From Piromyces finnis finn (Eukaryota > Fungi > Neocallimastigomycota), in contig MCFH01000003.1 of the NCBI GenBank assembly GCA_002104945.1, forward strand, positions 620,001 to 684,000: a DNA stretch of 64,000 bases, written 5' to 3'. The translations under genes were made by a program, and so were the position numbers. Positions 33,894-47,629 of this stretch are shown piece after piece; position 1 is the first letter of the stretch; the number at the start of each line of letters is the position of its first letter. Below the pieces are notes generated by a model, which saw only the letters and a list, made by a program, of their open reading frames with translations, did no database searches and was not told the origin of the DNA.

Positions 33894-36421
33894 TTCAATA
33901 AATAATTTATTAATAAATCATTTATATAATTAAAAAAAAAAAAATCAACATTTATTTATAATACATTCAATTCTAAAAAGGTGTTTTGATTTACAAGGAA
34001 TAAATGTAAATATATTGGTCTAATATACAGTTGTTGTTGTTGTTGTTGTTTTTTAATAGTAGTAATATATAAAAGGATGAAAAAAAATATATATATATAT
34101 TACTATAATATTATTTTCTTTAGATTTATTTAAAAAAAGAAAAAATAAAAGTAATTAATAAATTAAATTACTAATAATTTTATTATAATCGCCATTAAAT
34201 AAATGACAGTGGGAGAACAACCTAATATATAATCAAAATATTTCAACACGTTTAACAAAAAGTATTTATAGACAAATAAGAAATTCAAAATATATGAATT
34301 ATCAAGATTTACAATGGAATAAAGAAAAAATTAAAAAAGTACATATATATCTTTAAATAATAAATAATATAATATTTTAAAATTCATAAAAAATATAAAA
34401 TGAAAAAGATAATTTATTCTATCTTTGTTTTCGAATAAATAAATAAAATTATTTAAAATTAAAAGGAAATAACGCCTGTTAGAGATGATGGAAAATTCTT
34501 TAAATTTCGTCACTCAAAATTTGGTACCAATTCTTCTATATGTCATTTTCAATTAAGAAATCTACTTGCCTCACCAACAAAAAACGATATATATTATTAT
34601 GGTATGCCATATTATTATTAAAAAAAAAAAGTCATTTTTTCAAAATTCATTATTATTATTAATTAATAAATAAAAAATTATATTTATTATGAATTTTCTT
34701 CAAAAGCTAAAGACTCTATTAGGCACTGGAGTCCAATAACTCATGAATCAAAACCTGTATATCGTTTAGACATAAACACGCATATAAATACATTGTATTC
34801 ACTAACAGCATCAAGGAATCTTATAGCTTGTGGTATAGGATCAGGAACTTATGTTGTCTGTAATACTAATTCACCGAAAAATTATAAAGTTAATGAAATA
34901 CCTAGAATAAGTCAAACAGACCCTCAAGCATCCACAATAGATTATACCATTAATTATATGGTATGTATTGTTTATAATTTCTAACACAATGTGATTGTTT
35001 ATTTTTAAAAAAAAAAGGAAATAAAAGTTTAAATAATTTGAATTTATGCGTCACATTATGATTAATATCAAAAAATTAAACCTAATATATAATTTTTTTT
35101 ATTTCTATAGAAATTTATCGACAATCATACCAGAAGTAAGTATTCATTAATATATATTATAAAATATTAATATAATAAACAAAAAGAAAATAAATATATA
35201 AATTAATATTAATATATTTTATACATCTCATTAAAAATGGATATGCTAATTTAGATTTAGAACTATTAATAGCGAGTAATGATTACTACTGTAGAATGGT
35301 CGATATAAATACCTTTAAATATACCTATAATTACAGAGATATTAATCCTATTAATGTATGTTATATATGTATATTATTCATATAATTAAATTATAAATAA
35401 AATCTATTATGATGAATTTTATAATATAATTCTATATTTAATTATCTATGTTTTTCTAATTATACATTATAATTTAAAGTGTGCTTCACTAAAAAATGAT
35501 GGGAAAACCTTATTAGTTGTTGGTGATAGTACAAAAGCAAAACTATTAGATATTACATCAAACAGAATTATTCATCAAATAAATGACCATGTACAGTATC
35601 ATAATCAATAATCATAATAATATATATACATTGATAATACCTACAATAGTAATAAAATAATTATTAATAAATAAATTTAAATTAATAATAAAATATCCAT
35701 TATAATAATTGATTAATAAATTAATTATAAAAATTTTATATATTTTTATTAATATAACTAGTACGACTTTTTGTTTTCTTGTGAATGGTCACCAAAGTAA
35801 GTTATAATTTATATTTAATTCATTATTATGATTATTATAATAAAAATAAATAATGAATAATAATATTAATAATTATCATGTATATAATAATTTGATTAAT
35901 TTTTCATAGTGGAAATTATTTCGCAACTGGGGGACAAGATATGTGTGTTAGAATTTATGATAATAGAAATATAAAACAATCTTTAAATGTCTTACCTATG
36001 AACATTGCCTCCGTAAGATCAATGAGATTTACCGATGATAACCAATACTTGGCAGTTGCTGAACAAATTGATTATGTACATATATATGATGCTGCAAATG
36101 GATTATTTTTACGTGAACAAGTTATTGATTTCTTTGCTGACATTGCTGGGATAAGGTATGTATCACAGTAATAACGTATAAATGTATAATAATAATAAAC
36201 AACAAATGTTTTGATTCGAATAAAATAAAATTAAATAAAATTATATATTGTCATTGTATTATAGTTTTACCCCAGGTGAAGGACAAGGATTCTATATTAG
36301 TACTGTAGATTCTGAAATTAATTCACATCAACCAATTATACCAACAATACTTAATAATGGTGTTTTAATGGAATTTGAAAGATATCGTTACTCTCGAAGT
36401 GAATCATCTTGGATTTTCTAA
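33707..36421 (+). CDS. WD40-repeat protein (DUF2415-like), many short exons
   Basis: Spliced motifs DLQGIN/WE, HFQLRNLL, LLIASND, FSCEWSPN-GNYFATGGQD and EQVIDFFADIAGI-SFTP; stop at 36419-36421. The start exon is inferred. Confidence 0.75.
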
Positions 36422-36755
36422 ATTTAAATAGAAAAAGTAAAGCAATAAAATAAAGTATAAAGAAAAAAAAAAAGTTGCTTTTGTTTTATTTTTGATATTT
36501 AAAAAATTAGTAAACTTTATTTATAAACTATTTATTATTATGTATATATCTAAATAGTATAAGATAAAAAAAAAATAAAATAAAGATTCTATCTACTCAA
36601 TAATTATTATTAGAACAAGTTTATAATAGAGTATAGATATTTTTTAATTCTTTTTTTTTTTTTATTTAATTGGCATTTGTAAATTAAATTTTTTGATTGA
36701 ACTTTTTTCATTTAACTTTAAAAAGTTTAAAAATTTTAAAGTTTTATTTTAATTA

Positions 36756-36799
<44 letters not shown>

Positions 36800-37415
36800 A
36801 GAGAGAGAGAAATAAGAATTTTTAGTCATTTCTTATCTTAAAAAAAAAAAATTAAAAAAAAAACAAATATTATTAAAAATAAGAATTAATATTAAAATAT
36901 AATTTATAACTAAAATTAACTAAAATAAAATCAAGTATCAAAGTATAACAAGAATGGATATTATATATTTAGAAAAATGAAATATATAATAGAATAAAAT
37001 AAATATAAGATTTTAATGTAATATCTATTATCATTTCATCCATGAAAACTTCCATATTATCCTTTTATGTAGGAAAGAAGGAAGAAGAAAGAAGAAATTA
37101 CTTTAATACTATTCAAAATATTAAATTAAATGAATGAATAAATAAATGTTAATAATTTAATTAATAATAAAAATTAAAAAAAAAATATATTTATAGTTTT
37201 GCCTCATAATCCTCTTATGTATTAATAATGTATCAGAAAATAACCAATAACCAATAAATTAACTACAGTTGATTTTAATAATGTAATTAATTAAACTTTT
37301 AAAAAGAAACTACTCATTCCCATTATGAACTTTTTTTCTTATATAATATTTAATTGAACTATCAATTTCCTTTTTTAAAAAAAAAAAAAAAAGTAAATAG
37401 AAAAAAAAAGTTATA

Positions 37416-39311
37416 ATGAGTAGTAATGAAAAAATAAAAAATAAAAAGGAAAATGATATACCTTCAAATATAAATAATAATAATAATATCAATGATATCA
37501 ATGATATTGCTTTTAATAAATCTAAAAAAAGAAATCAGTATATAAGGAGAAGGTATAATAATAATAACAATAATAACAATAATGATAATAAAAATGATAA
37601 AAGTAAAAAGCAATTTCATAAAAAGTATAACAATAGAAACAATTACAACAATAAAAAGAATAGCAATAATACTATAAATAATAATAATAATAATAATAAT
37701 GTTTCACCAAAGCAAAAGAAAGTATTCAAAGAAAAAAACAATAAAGAGCTCGATAGTAGTGAAATTAATAATAACCGAAATTTAGATAGCAAAGATTCCA
37801 TGAAAGAATCAGTTAATAATGCTTGTACTATTTTATTAGATAATACAACAAGTACTGTTAAAAAAACAAGCTCTAGTGATAATTCTGATCTTGGAAAATT
37901 AGAATTCCAAAAAAATTTAATTGAAGCTTTAATAGCTAATATGGATAAATTGTATAAAAAAGATTCGGGTTCATTTGTATACAATAATTTCAATATAAAT
38001 ATTATTAATAATCAAACTAACGAAATAACAAATACAGAAACTAATAATGAAGTCGTCACTATAACAGAAAATAAACAAATTAATAATACTACTAAAACTA
38101 ACAATGTAAAAATTGAAGAAAATATTAATAACAGTTTCACTACCATAAATAACTATAATACCAATTATAATGTTTTCAATAACCCCTTTTTCGATTATAT
38201 AAGTCATATTCTTAATAAAGGATGTGTTAATAAATATCAAAGTATACGTATTTTATCAAAAATATCAAAATGCTCATATATTACATTTTGTTTGAGTGTA
38301 AATTTTTGTGTAAATTTTTTAGTTAAAACATTTATTATTACAAAATGGGTATTTATGCAATTCAAAGATTTTGACAAGATCTTCAAAGGAATGATATACT
38401 TTATTATATTTGTTGTCATTTCAACCTATGTTTATCGTAATGAATACTGTTGGAATTTTGTAAAGAAATTTGTAAAAACATTATTTCATAAAGATACCAC
38501 CCCTATACCAGAAGATTTTTCAAAAATTAATGAAAAAATACAATCAACATTTAGTGCCAAGGAATTTATTAAAATTTTACTTAGAAATAGTACTAAATTC
38601 ATAAGCTCTTTATACAATGAAACAGAACAAATAATAATAAAACAATCTATGGATATATACAATTATGCTTCTAGAATGATGAATTCTACCTCTCCAGTAA
38701 TAAAAAATACTACCTATCAAATGTTTTCAGCATTTAACTCAACGATAGTTGGATCTATCCCTTTTATTCAAAAGAGCTCCGACAAAATTCAATCCTCATT
38801 TAATAGTATTTTTTCAACAATAAAAAAAAATGAAAAAGTAAATAATATGGCACATTCATTAAAAGATACCGTATTAAATACTACACCAAAGATTGTATCC
38901 ACTGGTAATGAAGTCTATCAATCTGTAAATAATTTTGTGAATTCTAAAATATTAAATAATCCGAACATCAATAATTTTGTTAATAAAATTAAAAACGATG
39001 AAAATATTAATAATATTGTCAATAAAGTTAGGAGTGATGAGAATATTAATAATGTTATCAATAAAATAAAAAATGATCGAAATGTAAATAACTTTATTAA
39101 TAAAATGAAAAATATATTAAATAATCCTTCTTCCATACCTAAGAATACTGAAATTACAGAAAATATAAAGGCTATTAAAAACGTCAAAGAAATGAGTGAT
39201 AATATTATGGAAACCTCTTCAATTGTACATAATGATAAAAATAAAGCCATGAAAGAATATATCAATGAAACAGCTAAAAATATAATAAAAAACATTTTAA
39301 ATAAAAAATAA
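37416..39311 (+). CDS. Hypothetical Asn-rich membrane protein, 631 aa
   Basis: Long intronless ORF; hydrophobic segments around aa 290-345; C-terminal 13-aa repeats. Confidence 0.7.
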   Translation: MSSNEKIKNKKENDIPSNINNNNNINDINDIAFNKSKKRNQYIRRRYNNNNNNNNNDNKNDKSKKQFHKKYNNRNNYNNKKNSNNTINNNNNNNNVSPKQKKVFKEKNNKELDSSEINNNRNLDSKDSMKESVNNACTILLDNTTSTVKKTSSSDNSDLGKLEFQKNLIEALIANMDKLYKKDSGSFVYNNFNINIINNQTNEITNTETNNEVVTITENKQINNTTKTNNVKIEENINNSFTTINNYNTNYNVFNNPFFDYISHILNKGCVNKYQSIRILSKISKCSYITFCLSVNFCVNFLVKTFIITKWVFMQFKDFDKIFKGMIYFIIFVVISTYVYRNEYCWNFVKKFVKTLFHKDTTPIPEDFSKINEKIQSTFSAKEFIKILLRNSTKFISSLYNETEQIIIKQSMDIYNYASRMMNSTSPVIKNTTYQMFSAFNSTIVGSIPFIQKSSDKIQSSFNSIFSTIKKNEKVNNMAHSLKDTVLNTTPKIVSTGNEVYQSVNNFVNSKILNNPNINNFVNKIKNDENINNIVNKVRSDENINNVINKIKNDRNVNNFINKMKNILNNPSSIPKNTEITENIKAIKNVKEMSDNIMETSSIVHNDKNKAMKEYINETAKNIIKNILNKK

Positions 39312-40138
39312 TCAACATTTTAAATTTCTATCTCTTTCCATGATTGCTTGCTTATTATGAATGGAATAAAATAACCTTTACTATTATCCATTTTTGAATT
39401 GCAATAGCTCTTTATTAATCGATTAGTTAATCAATTAATCAATAAATTATACCATAATTAAACTGTTATATTATAGTTTTAAATGAGTTAGGCATTAATT
39501 ACACTTTAATGCCAACTAGCTTGTATAATAATTATCGAATATGTATATATATATATATTTGTAAATTAAAAAATATTTTATGTAGATAATAATTTACTTT
39601 GTGAATATTAATTGTTTCAATTCAAAAGATATAATAAAATGAAGACTATTAAATGTAAAAATATTTTTAAACATAAAAAAAAGACTTTTCTTTTTTTTTA
39701 TAGAAATTGAAATATAATATAATAAAACATTATTATAGATAACAAAACAAACGTTTATAAAGAAAGAATCCTAATTCATTACTATTTAATTTTGCTTTTA
39801 ATTTATTTTATTCTTTTTGTTATTCTTTTATTATTAATATTAATAGTGGTAGTGGTAGTAGTAGTAGTATTTCTTTACTAGATAGTACATTATTATTTAA
39901 ATTTTTTTTTTTTTTTTTTTGTATTATTACTATATTATGATATTATGATAATTTATATGAATACTTTTTTTTTTTTTTTTTTTTGTTAATAAATAGTTGA
40001 ATAATATTTGAATTTGAAATATATATTATATTGTTTATTTAAATATAAATATATATATACATTTACTTAATATAAAAGTTTTCCTAATTTTGAAAAAAAA
40101 GGAAATTAAAATATATTTATATATGAAATTATGTTCAA

Positions 40139-41101
40139 TTAAACGTGAACAGAGCCTGGGAAATAAGAAACAATAACATCCTTGTTCATTTTTTCACCAA
40201 TAACAATAATAACTTCTTGACCTTCAGTAATAAGTTCGTTAACCTTTAATTCCTTTTTAGTAGCATTCACTTCAACCCACTTTTCGCCATCACCTTGAAC
40301 AAAACCTTTAATTCTTAAAATATTACCGGCAGATTCATCGTCAAACATTTTCTTTACAATGTTAATAAATTCATCTTTGGAACATTTAAAATTATAAAAG
40401 AAATAAGATTTGTATTCATTTTCTTTAACAACTGGCATTTTAACAAATGAAGAATGTTCATAACCACAGTTTCTTATTTTTTCAAAATCTTCATTAGTAA
40501 ATTCATTCCAATCTTTAGTGATAAGGACATTTTCAAGAACCTTTGGACAATGAATATCAGTGAGAGCTTTTTTAACATGAGTAGTAACCTTTTTTATACC
40601 TTCTTCTTTATTATCAAGTTCTTGAGTTTTACTTAAAAGAACAGCACCAGCAAAAGAAATTTGTGAACCAAGGATATAATTTGAATCACTAGATAAGTTG
40701 TCATCAAGTGTAGCATCAACAATAGTAATGACATTACTAACACTATAGAAATTATCAAGAGGAGGTTCATATAATGAATCAAAGAATTCGTCTACATCAT
40801 AAATACCTGATGGTTCAACAATAACTCTAGTATAACCTAACATAGCAATAGTAATAAGTTTAGATCTATAACGTCTAAGATGACTTGACTTGTCTTTACC
40901 ACAAGCACAGGCAACCATTTCAATATTAACATTTGGTGATTTAAGGTCATTAAGTAATAATAAATCTACATTAATAGAACCATGATCATTTTCAACAATA
41001 CAAATTCTTTCACCTTGACTTTCAAGGTATTTAACATAATTTCTAATAAAAGTTGTTTTTCCTGAACCTAAGAAACCAGTAATTAAGTCGATTTTAACCA
41101 T
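40139..41101 (-). CDS. CobW/COG0523-family (G3E) P-loop GTPase, putative metallochaperone, bacterial type
   Basis: Motifs ITGFLGSGKTT (Walker A), VENDHG, VIVEPSG, VITIVDA and LSKT, plus a C-terminal RIKGF domain; intronless. Confidence 0.88.
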   Translation of the reverse strand: MVKIDLITGFLGSGKTTFIRNYVKYLESQGERICIVENDHGSINVDLLLLNDLKSPNVNIEMVACACGKDKSSHLRRYRSKLITIAMLGYTRVIVEPSGIYDVDEFFDSLYEPPLDNFYSVSNVITIVDATLDDNLSSDSNYILGSQISFAGAVLLSKTQELDNKEEGIKKVTTHVKKALTDIHCPKVLENVLITKDWNEFTNEDFEKIRNCGYEHSSFVKMPVVKENEYKSYFFYNFKCSKDEFINIVKKMFDDESAGNILRIKGFVQGDGEKWVEVNATKKELKVNELITEGQEVIIVIGEKMNKDVIVSYFPGSVHV

Positions 41102-42009
41102 TTTTGATTATTAATTTTTTTTTTTTTTTTTTGAAAAATGTATCTATATTTTAATTGTTGTTATTGTTTTTTATTTTTTATTATTATTATTATTATTTTG
41201 TTTTCTTTTAATAATAAAAACAAGCTTAATTAAAATAAAATTAGTAAAAAACAATTGCTAATTTATTCAAAACTTCTTTATTATTATTTTAATAAATTTT
41301 TAAAAAAAAAAAAAAAAGTTTTTTTTAAATATCAAAAATTTATATTAAAAAAAAAAATTTTGCCAAGTGTTGAAAAGGTTATTTTAGTTTTAATTTTAGT
41401 TTTGAATATATATTTCACTAGAAAAAAAAAGCATGCACACACATATCACAATTATTATCCTTTTAATATTTATATATAATAGTTTTTTTTTTTTTTTTTT
41501 TTCTAACTAAAGTAATGAATAAAATGAAAAGCAAAGCTCTAATTAAAAATATTCTGAAATTGAAATAATATGGAAAATACATCTTTAAATAATAAAATTA
41601 AAGTGCAGGGTTAAATATAAAAAGGGTTAGGTATTTGATTATTTTTAAAACTTTCTATTAATAATATATAATCCCCAAGATTGTAATTTTAAAAACTCAT
41701 AAAATATATTGGTTATTTATATATATATGTATTTATTATTAATATTACTATACTTTTTATATAGAGTTAAATTAAGTACTATAATTACATTCCTTATTGT
41801 AATATATTCTTATAAAAAAAAGATATATATTGATTGACATTAATGTCCATTGACGATTATTTTATATTTATTATAGTTAAATACTATTGTTAATTTATAA
41901 TATAGATAGGTGTAGATATTTCACAAAGACAAGAAAAAAAGACTATAACTATAATTAAAGATAGAATTTGATATTTAGAATACTTTTTATTACTCTTTGA
42001 TTAATATTG

Positions 42010-42065
<56 letters not shown>

Positions 42066-45000
42066 TTCTAAATATTAAATAAATATACATTTAACAGAGT
42101 TTTTATATTTATTTAAAACTATAATTTAAAATTAAATTCAATTAAATACCAATAAATAAAAAATAAATATAATATATATCATTTTATTTAAAGCATGAGG
42201 GTCTCAATATTCTATATGTATACTATAAGTGTAATAATTATATCTGATCAATGAAACTCAGTATCAAAGACCATTATTGGTTAAAAGTTCCGCATAGAAA
42301 GTCCAAAATAAAAATGCTTCAAAAGTGCCTAATTTAAAACTTAACATTTGCTAAGTTTATTTTTTACCCTTTCTTATATATTTTTTATTATAATATGTAT
42401 TTTTAAATATATTTATTTCTTAATTTTTAAATGGATTCTAAAATTTTTGTAATAAAATATAAAAACACACATTAAAAAAAAAAAAATTAAAAAACACAAA
42501 AATAATTTAATCATCAAAGTTTTAGACACATTTAAGACTTTGTTTTTTGTTTTGCTTGTTAACTATTCTTAATTGTATATTTTGATTTTTTATTAAGTTA
42601 TTTTTTTTAATATTTGTTTGCTTTGTGTTTTTATTTTGACTTTTATACTTTTTTATTTTTTTTTTTTTAAATTATTAATGGTAATTTTTTTAATATTATA
42701 ATTTTTTATAATATTCTTTTTTTTATATTATTATATTAACATTTTTATTATTGAATTTTATTTTATTTAGTTTTGTTTTATTGTTTTATTGTTTTTTTTT
42801 TTTTTTTCAAATATCATCGCACATCTTTTTTTCTTTTTTTTAAGATGCTTTTTTTTTTTTTTAATTTTGATTAATATTTTTACTTTCAAAATATTAAATA
42901 ACAATTACTTTTTTTTTTCCTTTGTTTTTGTTTTTTTAATTTGCTTTTGTATTGTTTTTTTCTTTTTAATAGATATCATTTAATAGTAATTTTAACATAT
43001 CATAATATAGTAATATACTTTTTTTAAATACAAAAAATAATAATATTTTCCTATAAATCTTTATAGTTTTATGGTTTTTTTTTTCAATTTGGCTATTTAA
43101 TGGAACTGTAAACAGTTATGGTCATATCAATAAAACTATTTTAATTAATTTCTACTAAATCTTATTGCAACAATATAATCTATTATAATGAATAAAATCC
43201 AAAAAAATTAATCATTTCCAAAAAAAAAAAATTGATTTAAAAATATCTTCGGATAATTATCAAAAATTTCTTCAATTTTCATTTTGATCCATTGACATTT
43301 TTATATTTTCATAAGTTCATTAATTCTTAAAGTGACTTTCCTCATTAATAATACAAAGAATATCATTTCAGATTAACCATTTAATTAAAAAAAAAATGTA
43401 AGCTTCCGAACTTTTATCTTTTTCAAAGAACATCTTTTAAATAGAATCAATTCAGATACTTTCCAATTTTACTTTTCCTTTCATTCTTTTTTCTACATTA
43501 CAGCAATTTCCTTAAGTCATAAAGAGAATCATTGATAGTAATAGATCTTTTTCTATTATTTTTCTATTGTACGACATCTTTACAATCTTCTTGTAATTTC
43601 TGTATTTTCATTTTTCTCCATAATATTGATATATTCATCAAAAATATTTTTTTCTTAATAAAACGTATTTTCCAATTTGATTTCACAAAATTTAGTCAAT
43701 TCATTTTTATCAAGGGCTAAAAAATTTTCATTTTATATATCTTTTTTTTTCTTTTCTTAGAATGAATATAAACCGGATTATTAAATACTTTCAATTCATT
43801 GGCAATTACTCAACTATATTTCAAGCTTCGTAGTTATTATATCATATTTGGAACCTTTTTATATTATTTTCCTCAGGATAGAGAGTTAACTTTATTTTTC
43901 AAGAACTTCTGCTCTTCACGCATTAGAAACCATCATCATCACAAAGTTAAAATCTTCTAGAGTTTTATGCCTTTCTCATTTACTTTTTTTTTTTCAATAG
44001 GTAAACTTTGAGCACAGAACACAGAGGTCATAATTAGTTTTTTATATGTATAATAGAGCCTTTTTTTTTCCTTTCAAAAAAAATTTCTTTTTATTTTTTA
44101 CTTTCCTTCAAAAATTTCTTGAAATTTCTTTTTTCCTTTTTTAAAGATATTTAATACTTTCTTTAGTTTTCTTTAAATGGCAACTTAATTCACTTATTAA
44201 TTCTTTTTTTTTTCCTTTTTATAATTTTATTAATACATTTTTATATGTAATTTTAATGTGAAGAATAGAAATAACGGATATTTTTAATTTCTTTTATACT
44301 TTTTTTTTTATTGTATCTTGATTTATTATTCAATCTTTTAATTAAAAGTTTTAATTTCAATCTAAATTGTTTAATTATGTTAAAATTTTTTTTATTATAA
44401 AGTATAAATATTAATTTAAAACTTTAAAACTTTTTTTAATTTATTATATTTATTTATTTATTAATATATTTAATATTCTTTTTTTTTATGGTAAAATAAA
44501 GAAATATAAAAGATGATGTTTATTAAATAATAAATATATTTAATATTCTTTTATCATTAAACACTTTAAAGTTAATAAAATGTCATTTAAAATTATTTTG
44601 TTTATTATTATTATTATTTTTAAAATGCTTATTAAAAAAAAAGTTTTAGTTTTATCAATTTAGTTTATTCCTTTTAGTATATTTGTTTTTTAAAGATAAA
44701 AAAAATATTTTAAACAATAAAAACCTTTTTTTCTTAATATTTATTCATTAATAAGTAATTTTTGCTATTTAATTTTATTCTATATTTTATATATGATTAT
44801 TTATCTTTATTTATCTTTTAACTACACCTTTCATTATACAAACATTTCTTAACAATTTATAACTTTCTAATTAAATATTTTTAAAAGTCGTTGTTGTTAA
44901 ATTAAAAAAAAAAAGATAAAGACTAAATTGTTAAATAGCTATTAATTAAAACACATTATAAACAATATCAAATACAGTTAGAAACATAATTAAAAGTTTA

Positions 45001-46617
45001 TATAGAAAATCAATTTAAAATTAAAGTATCAAAAAAAAAAAAAATTAATTTAATATATACATATATATATAATATTTTTTTTTAAAAAAATAGTTAATTA
45101 ATAAGATAATTAAAAGATTATTTTTATTATTAATTGATGCATTATAGTATTTTAATTATTTATTTTATAATAAATTATAGATTACATAGATTACATAATA
45201 TAAAAACTGTTGAAAGAAAAAAAAGTTTTTATTCTAGTTTACCATATGAAGAAAAGATAATTTCTTTCTTTCTTTTTTTTTTTTTTAGTATTAGTTGTTT
45301 AATAAGATATCTTTCTAATATAATATTTGATATTAAATATTGTAATTATTATTTATTTTAATGCTATGCATGACTAGAATCATTATTAAGAAAGTAATAG
45401 TATTATTTAAATTTAAAAAAAACTTTTTTTTTTTTTATTTAAAAAAAGGTTAATTTAAAAATGTTTAAATAGTTAGAAAGGATATAGTGTGTTTAATATT
45501 AATGAATATGCAATAATGTATCAATAATAAAGATAAAATTATTTTAATTTATAAAAATAAAAAAATATAATGTGAATATCATGTTATACCCTGAATTTAA
45601 TTAAAATAATAAAATCCATTTACTATATTTAAAAGTAATTTAATAATGGTAATAATATATATATATATATTATATATACATTATTACATGAAATTTTATC
45701 ATATTAATTAAAAGAGTTTAATAGATTGGTAATTCTTCTTTATAGCTATTTGGTTATGTTTGACACTTTCTGAATTTTTCACATTTCTTTAAATTATTAT
45801 TATATTAAAACTTCTTTTTCAATGAGAATATATACTTTTTTTTATATACATAATTATGCATATTAATATTCATTGTATTATTAAAATTTTTAAAAAATGA
45901 TTATAATTATCATTTTCATTATTATTATTATTATTATTATTATTAAGAAACTAATTTTATTATCTTTAACATTATAATATTTTTAAATGAAATGTATTTA
46001 GTTTCTATCAGATAAATTAAATAAAATAAAATAAGAAAAATAATATTAAGTGTGATAATGCGTACTAAATTTCTTTCATAATTCATTAATCATTTTATTC
46101 TATAAATTACAAATATTAAACTTATAAAACAAAACATGTGGGATATTCCTTTACTAAACTTTATCAAATAATAACTAATAAATAATAGGATAATCTTCTT
46201 TATATGGAACATAAGATCCCACAACAAACAATTTATTTCAATTCCTTTACTTCTTCTGATATTATTTTTCATCCTAAACTAATAGTTTACCCTAAAAAAA
46301 TAAGTTAATCTTTTTATGGTGAAAATCATGAATTCTTCATAGGCTGATTTAAAAACTCTTTTTAAAACTCTTTTTTTTTTTAAAAAAAAAAAAAATTAAA
46401 AAACTATCTATTATCTTCTTGAATTATTTTTTTTTTCTAATTCTAAAAACTTTTCAGCGTCAGATTTTTAAAACTACATAATACCTTTTTTTTTTAACTC
46501 TTTATTTTAATTAAAATTTTGATGCATCTATTTAAAATTTAAAATACATTTTGAATATTGAGATCAGTAATAAAAAAAATTTACTTTAGGATGTTTCACA
46601 ATATGCAAAAATACTTG

Positions 46618-47311
46618 TTTTTTAATTTTTTTTTTAATGACATCAAATATTTTAAACTCTATTAATTTAATAATACATGTTGTAAAAACAAAATTAAAAA
46701 TAAAAATTAAAGAAATATGTTTAAATAAACACAAATGAACGAAAATTAGGTATAATGTATTCTAGTAATTAAAATAAGAAAGCCACTATTATACTAAAAT
46801 ATAATAATTGTATTTGACTTCCAATGGGACACCGAGCCAAAGATCAAAATTTTGTCATGAAACAAAATTATGATCTCCATTGGTTGCGCTGGCCCTCTTG
46901 GCCTGTCTTATTGTTTCTTCAGCATTGACGCTCTTGGTTGTTGCTTCAAACCTTTTGAACATTGACCATTGCTGGCTAATAACAAAAGGCATGATTTTGG
47001 TTAGAAGTTCCGCTGTTACCGTCAAGAATGGTGTTCCTTCGTTAGTGCCAGATTGAATCTGACACTTGTAAAGTTTTTTCCATTCCCTTGAATTGTAATT
47101 AATATTGTTAAAACTTCTTCCTCCAAGAAGGAATTTAAACATTTTATTACACACACTAGAATAATCATAAACATTAATATTCACCGGATTATTAGAACTA
47201 TTATTATTATTAACTAAATTACTATCTATATTAAAATGCTTAATACGGATATCTCTAAATATTGGACTACCTAATAACTAATTTTTAATACTTTGATCTC
47301 CACTCTTGCAA

Positions 47312-47313
<2 letters not shown>
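46618..47313 (-). mobile_element. Old, 5'-truncated LINE copy with an internal deletion
   Basis: Homologous to the 3' end of the full-length element but more diverged; lacks about 48241-48475; decayed A tail. Confidence 0.9.
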
Positions 47314-47353
<40 letters not shown>

Positions 47354-47580
47354 CTAGGAAGAGAATACACATCTTATATTCATTTATTTAATTTGAGATA
47401 TTACATAACATTAGGTGATAATACATATTGATATTGATATAATAAATAATAAATAAAAATAATAAAATATATATAAATAAAAATATAAATATAAAATAAT
47501 ATAAAATAATTATTTAAGTTGCATAAAAGTTCAATGAACTCTGCAATCTGTACTGTGTGGGATTGGTCCCTACCTAATAA

Positions 47581-47585
<5 letters not shown>
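47314..47585 (-). mobile_element. About 235-bp retroposed fragment with a 37-nt poly(A) tail (probable 3' end of a second LINE family or a SINE)
   Basis: Unique segment 47351-47585 ends in a T37 run on the + strand and shows no similarity to the flanking LINE 3' UTR. Confidence 0.55.
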
Positions 47586-47629
<44 letters not shown>

